Source of the DNA: Candidatus Aphodosoma sp.
GTDB taxonomy: Bacteria > Bacteroidota > Bacteroidia > Bacteroidales > Paludibacteraceae
DNA: 64,000 bases
Direction of reading: 5' to 3'
Assembly: GCA_045658305.1 (NCBI GenBank)
Contig: JAZOUT010000087.1
Span: forward strand, 1,046-65,045
Part shown: in pieces, positions 28,644 through 38,393 of the stretch
Position numbering within the stretch: position 1 is the first letter of the stretch
Layout of the letters: the number at the start of each line of letters is the position of its first letter
The notes under the pieces: model-generated
Told to the model about the DNA's origin: nothing
Database searches by the model: none
The model's input: only the letters and a program-made list of their open reading frames with translations
Translations under genes and position numbers: made by a program

Positions 28644-29012
28644 ATGAAAAAAGTATTTCTTACACTTGCTCTTGCAGCAGGTATTTCGGTAGCCGTAATG
28701 GCAGAAAAACAGACAGTGCGCCTTTATGTTCCTGAAATGGAATGTGACAATTGTAAAGGTAAAGTAGAAAATGTATTGGCTTATGAAAAAGGAGTAAAAA
28801 AACTTAATTTCGATGTAGCTCACCGCATCGTAACAATCGTATTCGAAGACAAACGCACTAACGTAGAAAAACTTCAAGCAGCTTTAATGAAATATATTAA
28901 ATATGAATCAAAAGAGTTGAAAGAAGGCGACCACGTAGAGTGCAACCACGAACACCATCATGGACACGACCACGGTCATGGACATAATCACGACCACGGA
29001 CATAAACACTAA
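28644..29012 (+). CDS. Secreted heavy-metal-associated (HMA) domain protein with His-rich C-terminal tail (122 aa)
   Basis: Signal peptide MKKVFLTLALAAGISVAVMA; HMA CxxC motif MECDNCKGKVENVL; tail HEHHHGHDHGHGHNHDHGHKH. Confidence 0.88.
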   Translation: MKKVFLTLALAAGISVAVMAEKQTVRLYVPEMECDNCKGKVENVLAYEKGVKKLNFDVAHRIVTIVFEDKRTNVEKLQAALMKYIKYESKELKEGDHVECNHEHHHGHDHGHGHNHDHGHKH

Positions 29013-29028
29013 ATAAATCACCACTTGT

Positions 29029-29070
29029 AAAAAAAAAGTCCATTTCGATTAACATCGAAATGGACTTTTA
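29029..29070. terminator. Bidirectional Rho-independent terminator between convergent genes
   Basis: Stem gtccatttcgat (29038-49) pairs with atcgaaatggac (29054-66), flanked by an A-run and a T-run. Confidence 0.85.
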
Positions 29071-29084
29071 TAGTATTGATCATA

Positions 29085-32000
29085 TTATTGTACGAACACT
29101 TTAGCTACACCTACAGCAGTTCTTACCAAATAAACACCTGCTGGCAAACCAACTACATTCATACGATTTTCACCTCGCATTACCAACTGTCCGTTTATAT
29201 TGAAAATGTACATATCTCCTTCTGCCACCAAATCATCACCTTCGAACCAAACTACCATCTGCGAATTATCTACAATATTTTCCACATTATCTGCCTCTGG
29301 CTCTACTACCTCTTCAAAAGTCTCAAACCACAAACGTATATCGTTCGCTTCTTCCATTACCCATGGAGAATCAATATTTTCACCAAATACAAAACCATGC
29401 TCTACTAACCATTCTGTAGTCATCAATGAGCGTGCCATTGTAGCACCTTCTGTAGTTGTATCATTCAACTCTATTGTCGTATCAATTGCCGCCAAATCTG
29501 ACACTACATAATTATTTTTCAAGCATTTTTCAGGATCATTATAAATTTTTCCTCCTGAATCTAAATTATCCCAATCATATTCAAAACTATCTCCATTTGA
29601 ATAACCGACTATACGATGCGCATACAATTCTACATCAATAGGCACTTTTATATCTTCGATAGCCACAATATTGTTAGCCACCAAAGCATATACCGAATCA
29701 GATAATGTACTACCCATAGCACCTATTACACCCCCTACTTTTACAACATTTGCATTATCACTCAATTCCATAGTGCCTTCTACATAGCAATTCAATACAT
29801 ACGAACGGTCGCTTGTTCCGACAATACCACCAGCAGTTCCTTTAGTATAAATATCTGCTGTAACATGGCAATTATTAATCACATCATCAGCACCAGACAC
29901 AGATACAATACCACCGGCTTCTATACCTGCCTCAATATTTCCATCAAAAGCACAAGCAGAAATCTTAGTCGATGTTGCTATTTTACCTGCAATACCGCCG
30001 ACACTTTCTGCTATTGGAGCATAAATATTAGCATACGACATAGAACAACCCTCTATATTCGCATACAATGAAACATCCCCAACAATACCACCCAACACAC
30101 CATTAAAACCATCCAATCCAACAATATACGGACATACGACATGCACATTACTGATTCTACAACCATAACCCGCACCTGACTCAGCAAAGGTACCCACCAC
30201 CTCATTAGCCAAAATACCTATACCTATAGCATCAGTAAACATCGAAGCCGACAATACAGAATTACGCAAAACAATATTTTCCACTACTGCCGAATCACGC
30301 AAAGAACGGAACAATCCACAATCATCCAACACAAGATTTCTAATCTCAAAATTACCACCATCCAATTTACCCGTAAACTCACCAACAACACCACCAAATA
30401 CAGCATTCATAAAGTCAATATCATTAACTACCTTATAATAAGCATCAAGATCATTATCTATTTTAGTAAAATCATAGGCACATGCTATTTCATAAGGATT
30501 TTCAGCTGTACCCTCTCCCTTCATATCTGCAACATTCAAAGGCAACTCTGTATATTGAAGCATAATTGTCCTTCCGTCACTGTAAGGGCACATCAATAAT
30601 GGTTTTATATGCGTATTCAACAAACAAATCGAACCCAAATCCCCTCCTTTTGTAGCATCAGAACCAAGCTCAAGCAACATTTCACCATTTGTACTACAAA
30701 TAGCCAAAACCTTATCTTTCGCATCCGAATTTTTACGAGTTTTAGTCAACAGCACCATATACTCTCTCTCATCATCGCTATTAAACAAATGAGGATTCAA
30801 TGCCTCTGTCGTAATATTAAACATCGCATTCTCAACTCCCTTACCCAAATTCAACACATCATAACGATCAAACGAACCATCTTTATCAAACCAAGCTATT
30901 CTATGTTGAGCCGAACCATCTTTCGTTCCCTCACCTTGCAACAAAGCAACAGCATACTGATACGAAGTCCCCTTTCCATAACGGTCAATTGAAGACGACA
31001 ATACCACCTCATCTTTTGTCACTACAGGCAACTCCGCCACCACATCGCATGCCGGAAAATCCACAAACGTAAACACTCCATACTCTCCCTCTTCTCTCGC
31101 AAACATCCATTGGTCTGAGTGCCCAACAATCGAACCCATCATCCTACTACTTATCACATTATTCGCAATATCTTTCAATTTATTACCCTCCACATCATAC
31201 AATTTATACGACGTAACATAACTATCCGAACTTGTTTGATAATTCTTTTCAGTAATAATATAGGCAGGTGCATCACCTCCATTATAATTAACAAACACAT
31301 CACCCGACATATTCAAACTACCCAAATGTGGAAACGAATACAAATATTCAAGACTCAATTCCACAGGAATCTTAGTCTCATACTTAAGCCCAAATTTATC
31401 ATCATAATACTTAACAACCAAACTATTCCCCTCATTAACAATCATATCCTGATTCACATCTTCTGGAATTGTGAAATAAGGCTTTTCATATTGTACCAAC
31501 ACATAATTAGCCTTACCCCCATTGTTCACCATCAAAATTGGCGAAGGCTCCTCGCCCGACGACGAAATATATTTATAATCCACCGTAAACGTATGTTTCT
31601 TCTCTGCCTTATAATCCGAAAAATAAGTCGCCTTTGTATACACATCATAATGATACAACAAACTATTATCATCGCCCCTCTCTTCTCTTTGAAACACCAT
31701 TGTGTACGCCTCGCTATACGAATTCACCGACATATTCTCTGCCATATGAAACGTCCCCTCTATATCATACAACCTCGTAGCCTCACCATCTGTCAACGAA
31801 TATATATAATGCAAATACTTACCCTTATAATCCAACGTATTAGCATACACAAACACCATCACCTCATAATTATTATCCTGATTGAAGAACTTTTTAGTCA
31901 AATAAGGCTGCACATTCACCATTCTCACACCAGTCGCACCCTCCACATTCAAACTATCCGCAATCGCACTAACCAACCTATTCTCCCCATCATAAATCTT

Positions 32001-32195
32001 CACTTCCATATAGGTATAATACCCATTCTCCTCCTCAAACGAAGTAGTATACACCCAGTCCAAACCATCAGGACCATTCAAAAAACCATAGCCCATAGCC
32101 GGACCAATCGTTATCGTTTGCAACTCAGCAGACACACCGCCCACCACAGCAAACATTGCCACAACAGCAACAAATAAACGTAGAAATCTTTTCAT
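29085..32195 (-). CDS. T9SS-secreted protein (1,036 aa) with GLUG-motif beta-helix region and T9SS C-terminal domain
   Basis: Signal peptide MKRFLRLFVAVVAMFAVVGGVSA. Repeated GG[IV][IV]G motifs (VGGIAGKI, AGGIVSV, AGGIVGT, VGGVIGAM), preceded by GTAENPYEI...DIDF...F.GKLDGGNFEIRNL, as in GLUG-domain proteins. C-terminus AGVYLVRTAVGVAKVFVQ. Confidence 0.85.
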   Translation of the reverse strand: MKRFLRLFVAVVAMFAVVGGVSAELQTITIGPAMGYGFLNGPDGLDWVYTTSFEEENGYYTYMEVKIYDGENRLVSAIADSLNVEGATGVRMVNVQPYLTKKFFNQDNNYEVMVFVYANTLDYKGKYLHYIYSLTDGEATRLYDIEGTFHMAENMSVNSYSEAYTMVFQREERGDDNSLLYHYDVYTKATYFSDYKAEKKHTFTVDYKYISSSGEEPSPILMVNNGGKANYVLVQYEKPYFTIPEDVNQDMIVNEGNSLVVKYYDDKFGLKYETKIPVELSLEYLYSFPHLGSLNMSGDVFVNYNGGDAPAYIITEKNYQTSSDSYVTSYKLYDVEGNKLKDIANNVISSRMMGSIVGHSDQWMFAREEGEYGVFTFVDFPACDVVAELPVVTKDEVVLSSSIDRYGKGTSYQYAVALLQGEGTKDGSAQHRIAWFDKDGSFDRYDVLNLGKGVENAMFNITTEALNPHLFNSDDEREYMVLLTKTRKNSDAKDKVLAICSTNGEMLLELGSDATKGGDLGSICLLNTHIKPLLMCPYSDGRTIMLQYTELPLNVADMKGEGTAENPYEIACAYDFTKIDNDLDAYYKVVNDIDFMNAVFGGVVGEFTGKLDGGNFEIRNLVLDDCGLFRSLRDSAVVENIVLRNSVLSASMFTDAIGIGILANEVVGTFAESGAGYGCRISNVHVVCPYIVGLDGFNGVLGGIVGDVSLYANIEGCSMSYANIYAPIAESVGGIAGKIATSTKISACAFDGNIEAGIEAGGIVSVSGADDVINNCHVTADIYTKGTAGGIVGTSDRSYVLNCYVEGTMELSDNANVVKVGGVIGAMGSTLSDSVYALVANNIVAIEDIKVPIDVELYAHRIVGYSNGDSFEYDWDNLDSGGKIYNDPEKCLKNNYVVSDLAAIDTTIELNDTTTEGATMARSLMTTEWLVEHGFVFGENIDSPWVMEEANDIRLWFETFEEVVEPEADNVENIVDNSQMVVWFEGDDLVAEGDMYIFNINGQLVMRGENRMNVVGLPAGVYLVRTAVGVAKVFVQ

Positions 32196-32230
32196 AGTAT
32201 ATAGTTTTAATTACAATATTTCCTAAACTA

Positions 32231-32238
32231 CAAAGTTA
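32231..32238 (-). promoter_or_regulatory. -7 promoter motif TAACTTTG for 29085..32195
   Basis: The rc of caaagtta, 36 nt upstream of the ATG at 32195. Confidence 0.6.
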
Positions 32239-32404
32239 CAAAAAACTTTTGAATCTCGCAACCCACCCACCAACCCTTAGACTAAAAAATAATAGTTCCG
32301 CAGCACGCCCTATCCGCCCAATCCCCCGACCAAACAACAGTAGAGACGTAGCCCGCTACGTCTCCAAAAAGCAAAACCTCCAATCAGCCGCAAGGCTGAC
32401 CCCA

Positions 32405-32444
32405 CCAGACAAGCGCAGCGTTCCAGAATCTCTGGAATATCCGC
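32405..32444 (-). repeat. 40-nt conserved hairpin module (copy 1). About 37/40 identical to 62387..62426 when reverse-complemented.
   Basis: The rc reads gcggatattccagagattctggaacgctgcgcttgtctgg, against gcggatagtccagatattctggaacgcttcgcttgtctgg at 62387. It contains the hairpin ttccaga-N3-tctggaa. Confidence 0.8.
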
Positions 32445-32469
32445 CCCAAAACACCCCAAAGCCCACCAT

Positions 32470-32518
32470 CTTCCCTACTCCCTGCACCCTATTCCCTGCT
32501 CCTTATCAACTCCCATAC
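32470..32518 (-). repeat. Heptamer array (purine-rich on the minus/sense strand) adjoining array C
   Basis: Plus strand: cttccct actccct gcaccct attccct gctcctt atcaact cccatac. The rc gives GGGAnnn-type units. Confidence 0.65.
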
Positions 32519-32530
32519 CTCACCCATACT

Positions 32531-32598
32531 ACAACATACAATAAATATACTATAAATATAGGATAAATATATCATAAATATACTATAAACATACCATA
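32531..32598 (-). repeat. 11-bp tandem array C (6 units, minus orientation)
   Basis: The rc reads tatggtatgtt tatagtatatt tatgatatatt tatcctatatt tatagtatatt tattgtatgtt gt. Confidence 0.9.
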
Positions 32599-32662
32599 AC
32601 CCTATCCTCTCCCTCCCCTCACCCACCCCAATCACAAAAATCCACACACACCAACACACAAC

Positions 32663-32695
32663 AAAAAAATAGAGGCGCAACACATTGCGCCTCTA
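32663..32695 (-). terminator. Rho-independent terminator of 32723..38104 (TAGAGRYGCAA family)
   Basis: Stem agaggcgcaa (32671-80) pairs with ttgcgcctct (32685-94), with a T-run on the minus strand. Confidence 0.8.
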
Positions 32696-32722
32696 TTACC
32701 ACTATATAATTCCTATCAGAAA

Positions 32723-35700
32723 TTATTTCACAAATACTTTATAAGCCACACCATTCACACGGATAATAGCAATATCAGTAAGACCATTGATAACAGTAGT
32801 ATTAGTATTAGAAACACCACCATATACGCGAAGACCGTTCACTGTATAAACTTCAATCATCACGCCAGCCTCAGTTTCTACATATACCGAACCATTGTTA
32901 GCATAAATATTAACAACAAGCTCACCATTTTCAATGTCTACTTTATTTTCAGTTTCACCTACTTTAATAGTTGCACCCTTAACAATCAATGTTTGACCTT
33001 GAGCGATAGAGTTCCAGTCGAAACGTGCTTTAGTCACATCGATAGTAGCTGCATCTTCAAATGTAGCTGCTGGAAGATTTTCAGCTTTCACATTGAACAA
33101 TTCACCAGCGAAGTTGTAATAGTCTTCTGTTAATTTAGGAGATACAGATACGTATGTTGTACCCTCTTCTTCGTATGATTCTACATCAAATGCAGTTTCT
33201 GCATCCCAATACATATAAGCATTAGTTGAAGTAGTACCTGTAAGATAATCCATAGATTGTTCTGCATAGTAAGAAGCTGTTGTATCAACAACCAACAATT
33301 TACCAGCGTATGCCATACGATTAGCAAGCACATCAAGAAGCGAAGCCTCTACTGCTTCTTCTACGAAGTCACTTGCAACACAAGCACCAACGAAGTCTGC
33401 ATTAGATTCTGAGATATCCCAACCTTCTGCATCAACACCTGTAACTTTAGACACATAAGTCAACACAGGAGCGCCATAAACTTCACCTGTAGGCAACCAT
33501 GTTTCATCATCAACTAAACACTTAAAGTCAACAGTAGCCAATAAGCCAGCAGGAAGTTTTTTACCTACTTCAATATTAAGACCTTCAATTGGTTCTGGGA
33601 AACCATTAGGATCATCAGCTGGAGCTTGAAGAACGATAACACCTGTACCATCATTGAGATAGTAGTTGTTCATTGGACCCATGTGACCAAGAGCTGTTAC
33701 TTTATCAACAACTGTTGGTTGTGAGTTGAGACGTGCAAGAAGTGATTGAGCTGAATAATCTGCATAACGAGATTTTTCCCACATACCTTGATCATAGATA
33801 GCTTTGATATTAGCGAAATCAATAGCAAAGATATCGTGAGAAATATAGTTGAGTTGTTTATTTTCTTTATAAATACCAACTGTACCTACGATAGAAACTG
33901 GAGTCATAGTACCCCAAGCAGCATCAAATTTATATTGGTTGTAGATAGAAGCTTCTTCTTCTTTATCATTAGCCACAGTAGCATTACGATTTGAAGATGT
34001 AAATGCAAGAGGTTCAGTAAATCTAACTTCATTAAGAACTACATATTCGCTAAGTTCTGCAGTTGCCAAATCAGCCACTGAAATAGCACGTGGAGCAATA
34101 GCTTCACCAGCTTTAGCAGCAGGAAGAGTTGCATCTACCATTTCTGGAAGACCATTGTAATCTTTATATTTACCTTTTACGCCTACCAAGCGGTCGCCAT
34201 TCACGTAACCTGCATTTTGATAGTCAAAGTCATAAATCAACAATGAACCTGAGTTATCGCGTACATAGATGTTTTCACCATTTTGATAAGTAACAACCAC
34301 TTCGTTAAGGATTACAACCTCATTTTCTGTATCAGCAGCAGCCAAGAAGCCTGCAATATTTTCAACAAATTTGAAGTCAGCTTCGATATTAGCCAAATCA
34401 GAAACATAAAGAGAAGGAAGATCCTCAAGAGCATAACCAATATCAAAATTACCTTTAACTGTTACCTCTTGGTTAGCGAATGCACTAAAGTTAATACCGC
34501 TGAGACGAAGTTTATTTTCACCAACTTTGATACAAGCAGAATATTCATAAACGGTTTCACCATCCCACTCATATGAAGTAGTATCAATAACCACAGTACC
34601 TGTAATAGCATAGTTTTTAGCTTGATATTCTACAGCTCCAGCACCGAAGAAACCTGTAATATCACTAACTTCTGTATAAGTAATTTCATTACCTGAATTA
34701 AGTTTTTTGATGAGAGTACCAAGTTGAACTTCTACAATATTAGGAAGAACCATCTCTCCATCAACCTCAATAGAATCCACATCTGCAGGATAATCAATAT
34801 CACCAATATGGTAGTCATAACGATACGCATTGATAGAACGACCACGAGCATAACCTTCTTTACCATAAGTAGAAGAAAGATCTTCATATGGATAATAACC
34901 ACCTTTACAGAAATAAATAGAGTCACCAGCTTGGAAATTAACACCTTCTGCTACTTCCATAGCCCAAACTGTAAGACCTGTGATTGAGCCATCAGCATTT
35001 GTTTGTTGCACATTAAGAGCAGTACCACCTTGCGAAGAGAATACACTATTAACAAGAACTGGAGATGTAAAACCAGAAACTGTATATTGTTCACCAGTCA
35101 CAGGAGCCCATTTAGCCATGTAGTCTTTCAACTCGTGGAACATGAGCACGCGATTAGAACCTGTATTATAGAAATCATAAGATTCTACTGTGAATGCTTG
35201 ACCTTGTTCTGCACTTGTGTGATATACAATACCTGACAACTTAGCATCTGCAGGAACAACTGCACCTCTAACAGCGATAGTTTTACCATCTGTTGTAGCC
35301 ATTGTATAAATACCTTCTGATATACGAGTTGTTTTAGCTACTGCAATATCAATAAGCTCACCTTCAAAGTTAGCAATATTATTCACAAGTGAATCAATTG
35401 TAATAGTCTCTTTAGAGAAACGACCACGTCCCGATACTTCAAGTGCAGTAGGAACGATACGAGCCATACAATCTGCACTTGATGGATAATATGTACCTTC
35501 CACGTTAGTTACTTTTTGACTGAGAGCAATAGAGTCAACTCCATCAAGAAGAATAGCACCTGTACCATCTTGAATAAGAAGACCACGATCTGTCAAATAA
35601 GTTGTAGTTGCTGAACCTGTAAATTTAACAGGTTTAGACGCTGTATTATTGCGGATACTAAGAATAGTTGCACCTTCTTCTTGTGAAACAGCATTTTCAA

Positions 35701-38104
35701 TAGCTGATTGGCTGATTGGCATGAAACCATAAGTAGAAGTCATCCAAGAATTATCTGCGATAGCAGTAATGTTGTTTGTTGGATAGAAAGTAAATCCACC
35801 AAGATAATCTTCAAAGTTAGCTCTTGAATAAGTAATTTTGTATGCACCTTGAATGAAATCACGGTCTTTACGAGTAGTAGAATAGATCGTTGTATCGCGC
35901 TCTACAAAATCAACACCTTCAAAACGAACAAGCTTAGCGTTGTAAGTACCAGCTGTTTTAGCTTCGAGATATTGTTGAATTGTAATCACTTCTGGAACAA
36001 GTGCATTGCCTGAATTTTTAACAGTATAAGTAGTCTCTGCACCAGCAATTTTAAGACCGTATGTGCTATATGTACCTTTGAAACCAACGATAGAGTCACC
36101 TACAACACCAGCAAATACTCGTGTCGCAACAGTATCAAGTTCAATACGCAAACCACCAGTAGCATCTTGAACATAAAGATAATATTTAGCAACATCTTCC
36201 ATTGTAGTCCAATTAGTTTCAGAGCTTTGTTGGATATATGTCAAAATAACTGGGCTTGTAAGCTCATAAGTGATACCAGAAGCTGCATTACCAGCAGCTT
36301 TCATATCTGCAATCGAGTTGAATTTTACGTTAGAAGGAACAATGTCTGACTCTTGAGTAAGGATAAGTTGAACATTAGCACCAGAGTTCATTACGTCAGT
36401 AAATGCTTTAAGACCAACGCGACCAAGCATTGCTTCTGTAATTTGGAATGTAGGAGCAATAACAAGAATTGAGTCACCTTTATCACTGAAGAACCAGTGT
36501 TGATTATCAATAAGTTTAAGTTCACCTACGTTAATTGTCATATAACGAGCTTCGTAAGAACCAGCTGAACGTTTACTTGAACCAACAAGGTATGCAAGAT
36601 CGTAAAGTGAGGTAGCTGCAGGTGTTGCATTGCCTGTACTGATAATTTCAATAGTGTTAGCTTCTCTTGGATTAGTTTCCACATAAGTACCTGTTATGAT
36701 TTCACCTGCAGTTTGATCAAAGCCAAATGCAGCCAAGAAACCTTTAACGCCTTTGATAGAGTCACCTGCTGCGTATGCTTTACCGTTTTTATCAGTAGCC
36801 GATTGTGTGCGAATCGCAGCGTAATAATAAGTACTATAACCTACTTTTTGTGTTACAAACAAAGTAGTTGCGCCACTACGTGGGTTAGAAACTACATGCG
36901 TAACAAGCATTGGATCAACAATTGCAGATGAAGTAGTAGATTTATTACCTGCACCTACAGCTGTTTTATATTCATTAATGTCAGAATAACCTGTTGCTAC
37001 TGATGTAAGAACATACAAGAATTTGTTTGTGCCTGAAGATGTAGCTTTTTCAATAAAATAACCTGTAACGGTACCCATACCAGGAATTGTTACACCATAA
37101 GGAGCAGTCAAATATACTTTTTCTCCATTATAAACTACACATTTATAAGAACTATAACCAACAGTTTCTGTTGTAGCAACAAAGTCAGCTACAGTAATAG
37201 TTTCATAAGTGAAATCAACCACTACAAACACTTCGCGAGTTGCTTGAAATACATTATAATTTTCGTCATAATACTCGTAAGTCTCAGTAGCTTTATAACC
37301 TTTAAGAGTAGTTGCTACTTTAGGAAGCTCGTTGTCACCTGAATAAGAAACACGAACTTTTTCTTCTCCAATCATAACATATTGAACTTCAGTATAGTCT
37401 TCTTTACTATATTCTGAAATAATATTAGCATTTTGAATAGTTGTATATTCGATTTCTGCTTCAATTACGTTGAACACAGTACCACGACTTTCACCGTATG
37501 GGTGAGGTCCATAGTAACCATAAAGTACTGCTTCGCCAGGAAGGTTACCATTATAATAAAGAGCAAGAGTAGTGTCAGTGCCTGCTGCTATTGCAGGATT
37601 GCCACTCTTATCACTAATGATAGCTGTTTTAGCAATTTTCACTGCTTTATACTCATAACCTTTGTAATTGGCAATAAGTTCAGCAGCTGTAGCAGTAACG
37701 TATGTAACGCCTACTGAATCGCCAAGAGTGTAAGTGAGGGCTTCATCTTCTGGATTATAAATAACCCCAGGATACTCTATTGTACCAATTGAATCACCCC
37801 ACCAGTCATATTCTACACCTTCATAATTAGCATAACCATTTACAGAAGTGATTTTTTTACCTGGAACAAGACCTTTTGCTTCCTCTCTTGCCCAATAATA
37901 ACTTTGACATTTAATAGCACCACTTGCATCTTCAATAATGATACCATCTGTGGTAAAGAAAGTAACAACTGCATTAGGAGAATTAAGAGTCACAGGCACT
38001 GATTTTCCTGTAATAGCCTTAACCTCAGCAATCGTTGAATAAGATTCGGCCATTGATATCACCGACACCAATAAAGCCATCATGAAAAGAGAAATCTTTT
38101 TCAT
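32723..38104 (-). CDS. T9SS-secreted multidomain surface protein (1,793 aa) with repeated OB-fold-like modules
   Basis: Signal peptide MKKISLFMMALLVSVISMAES. Recurrent module signature: YLYVQDATGGLRIEL, LLIQDGTGAILLDG, IYVRDNSGSLLIYDF...GDRLVGVKGKYKDYNGLPEM, YYLNDGTGVIVLQA. C-terminus IAIIRVNGVAYKVFVK. The domain assignment is inference. Confidence 0.85.
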   Translation of the reverse strand: MKKISLFMMALLVSVISMAESYSTIAEVKAITGKSVPVTLNSPNAVVTFFTTDGIIIEDASGAIKCQSYYWAREEAKGLVPGKKITSVNGYANYEGVEYDWWGDSIGTIEYPGVIYNPEDEALTYTLGDSVGVTYVTATAAELIANYKGYEYKAVKIAKTAIISDKSGNPAIAAGTDTTLALYYNGNLPGEAVLYGYYGPHPYGESRGTVFNVIEAEIEYTTIQNANIISEYSKEDYTEVQYVMIGEEKVRVSYSGDNELPKVATTLKGYKATETYEYYDENYNVFQATREVFVVVDFTYETITVADFVATTETVGYSSYKCVVYNGEKVYLTAPYGVTIPGMGTVTGYFIEKATSSGTNKFLYVLTSVATGYSDINEYKTAVGAGNKSTTSSAIVDPMLVTHVVSNPRSGATTLFVTQKVGYSTYYYAAIRTQSATDKNGKAYAAGDSIKGVKGFLAAFGFDQTAGEIITGTYVETNPREANTIEIISTGNATPAATSLYDLAYLVGSSKRSAGSYEARYMTINVGELKLIDNQHWFFSDKGDSILVIAPTFQITEAMLGRVGLKAFTDVMNSGANVQLILTQESDIVPSNVKFNSIADMKAAGNAASGITYELTSPVILTYIQQSSETNWTTMEDVAKYYLYVQDATGGLRIELDTVATRVFAGVVGDSIVGFKGTYSTYGLKIAGAETTYTVKNSGNALVPEVITIQQYLEAKTAGTYNAKLVRFEGVDFVERDTTIYSTTRKDRDFIQGAYKITYSRANFEDYLGGFTFYPTNNITAIADNSWMTSTYGFMPISQSAIENAVSQEEGATILSIRNNTASKPVKFTGSATTTYLTDRGLLIQDGTGAILLDGVDSIALSQKVTNVEGTYYPSSADCMARIVPTALEVSGRGRFSKETITIDSLVNNIANFEGELIDIAVAKTTRISEGIYTMATTDGKTIAVRGAVVPADAKLSGIVYHTSAEQGQAFTVESYDFYNTGSNRVLMFHELKDYMAKWAPVTGEQYTVSGFTSPVLVNSVFSSQGGTALNVQQTNADGSITGLTVWAMEVAEGVNFQAGDSIYFCKGGYYPYEDLSSTYGKEGYARGRSINAYRYDYHIGDIDYPADVDSIEVDGEMVLPNIVEVQLGTLIKKLNSGNEITYTEVSDITGFFGAGAVEYQAKNYAITGTVVIDTTSYEWDGETVYEYSACIKVGENKLRLSGINFSAFANQEVTVKGNFDIGYALEDLPSLYVSDLANIEADFKFVENIAGFLAAADTENEVVILNEVVVTYQNGENIYVRDNSGSLLIYDFDYQNAGYVNGDRLVGVKGKYKDYNGLPEMVDATLPAAKAGEAIAPRAISVADLATAELSEYVVLNEVRFTEPLAFTSSNRNATVANDKEEEASIYNQYKFDAAWGTMTPVSIVGTVGIYKENKQLNYISHDIFAIDFANIKAIYDQGMWEKSRYADYSAQSLLARLNSQPTVVDKVTALGHMGPMNNYYLNDGTGVIVLQAPADDPNGFPEPIEGLNIEVGKKLPAGLLATVDFKCLVDDETWLPTGEVYGAPVLTYVSKVTGVDAEGWDISESNADFVGACVASDFVEEAVEASLLDVLANRMAYAGKLLVVDTTASYYAEQSMDYLTGTTSTNAYMYWDAETAFDVESYEEEGTTYVSVSPKLTEDYYNFAGELFNVKAENLPAATFEDAATIDVTKARFDWNSIAQGQTLIVKGATIKVGETENKVDIENGELVVNIYANNGSVYVETEAGVMIEVYTVNGLRVYGGVSNTNTTVINGLTDIAIIRVNGVAYKVFVK

Positions 38105-38285
38105 AAAATGCGTGTTTTTAAGTTAATGAATAATGTTAATAATTACAATTTTGTTCTATATCTTTATTATAGTAGATAAGCTCAGTTCCATTTATTATTC
38201 GTATTTGTATAAACACAACCAAACTACACCAATATATATTTTAGTATCCTTTTTTACTATGGCACAATACCCCAAAATAAGACGA

Positions 38286-38293
38286 CAAAGGTA
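38286..38293 (-). promoter_or_regulatory. Candidate -7 motif TACCTTTG for 32723..38104
   Basis: The rc of caaaggta, about 185 nt upstream of the ATG at 38104. Confidence 0.35.
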
Positions 38294-38340
38294 AGACTTT
38301 TTTTTCAAATAACAAAATTTTTTACAAAAAAAACAAATAA

Positions 38341-38375
38341 AAAATAGAGATGCAAGATATTGCACCTCTATTTTT
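38341..38375 (-). terminator. Rho-independent terminator of 38394..42005 (TAGAGRYGCAA family)
   Basis: atagagatgcaagatattgcacctctattttt. On the minus strand agaggtgcaa pairs with ttgcatctct with one G-U pair, then a T-run. Confidence 0.75.
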
Positions 38376-38393
38376 ACCTTCAAACTATAAATA

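Noticed and set aside
31119-32177. 352-aa plus-strand ORF inside 29085..32195
   Set aside because: It is a shadow of a strongly G-poor plus strand, where few TAG/TGA codons occur. The peptide is a monotonous I/H/R/T/Q-rich string. The minus-strand gene has a signal peptide, GLUG motifs and a T9SS CTD.
32249-32566. 105-aa Pro-rich ORF in the intergenic region of locus C
   Set aside because: It is produced by C-rich heptamer and 11-mer repeat DNA. It overlaps the hairpin modules and the array and has no promoter motif in front.
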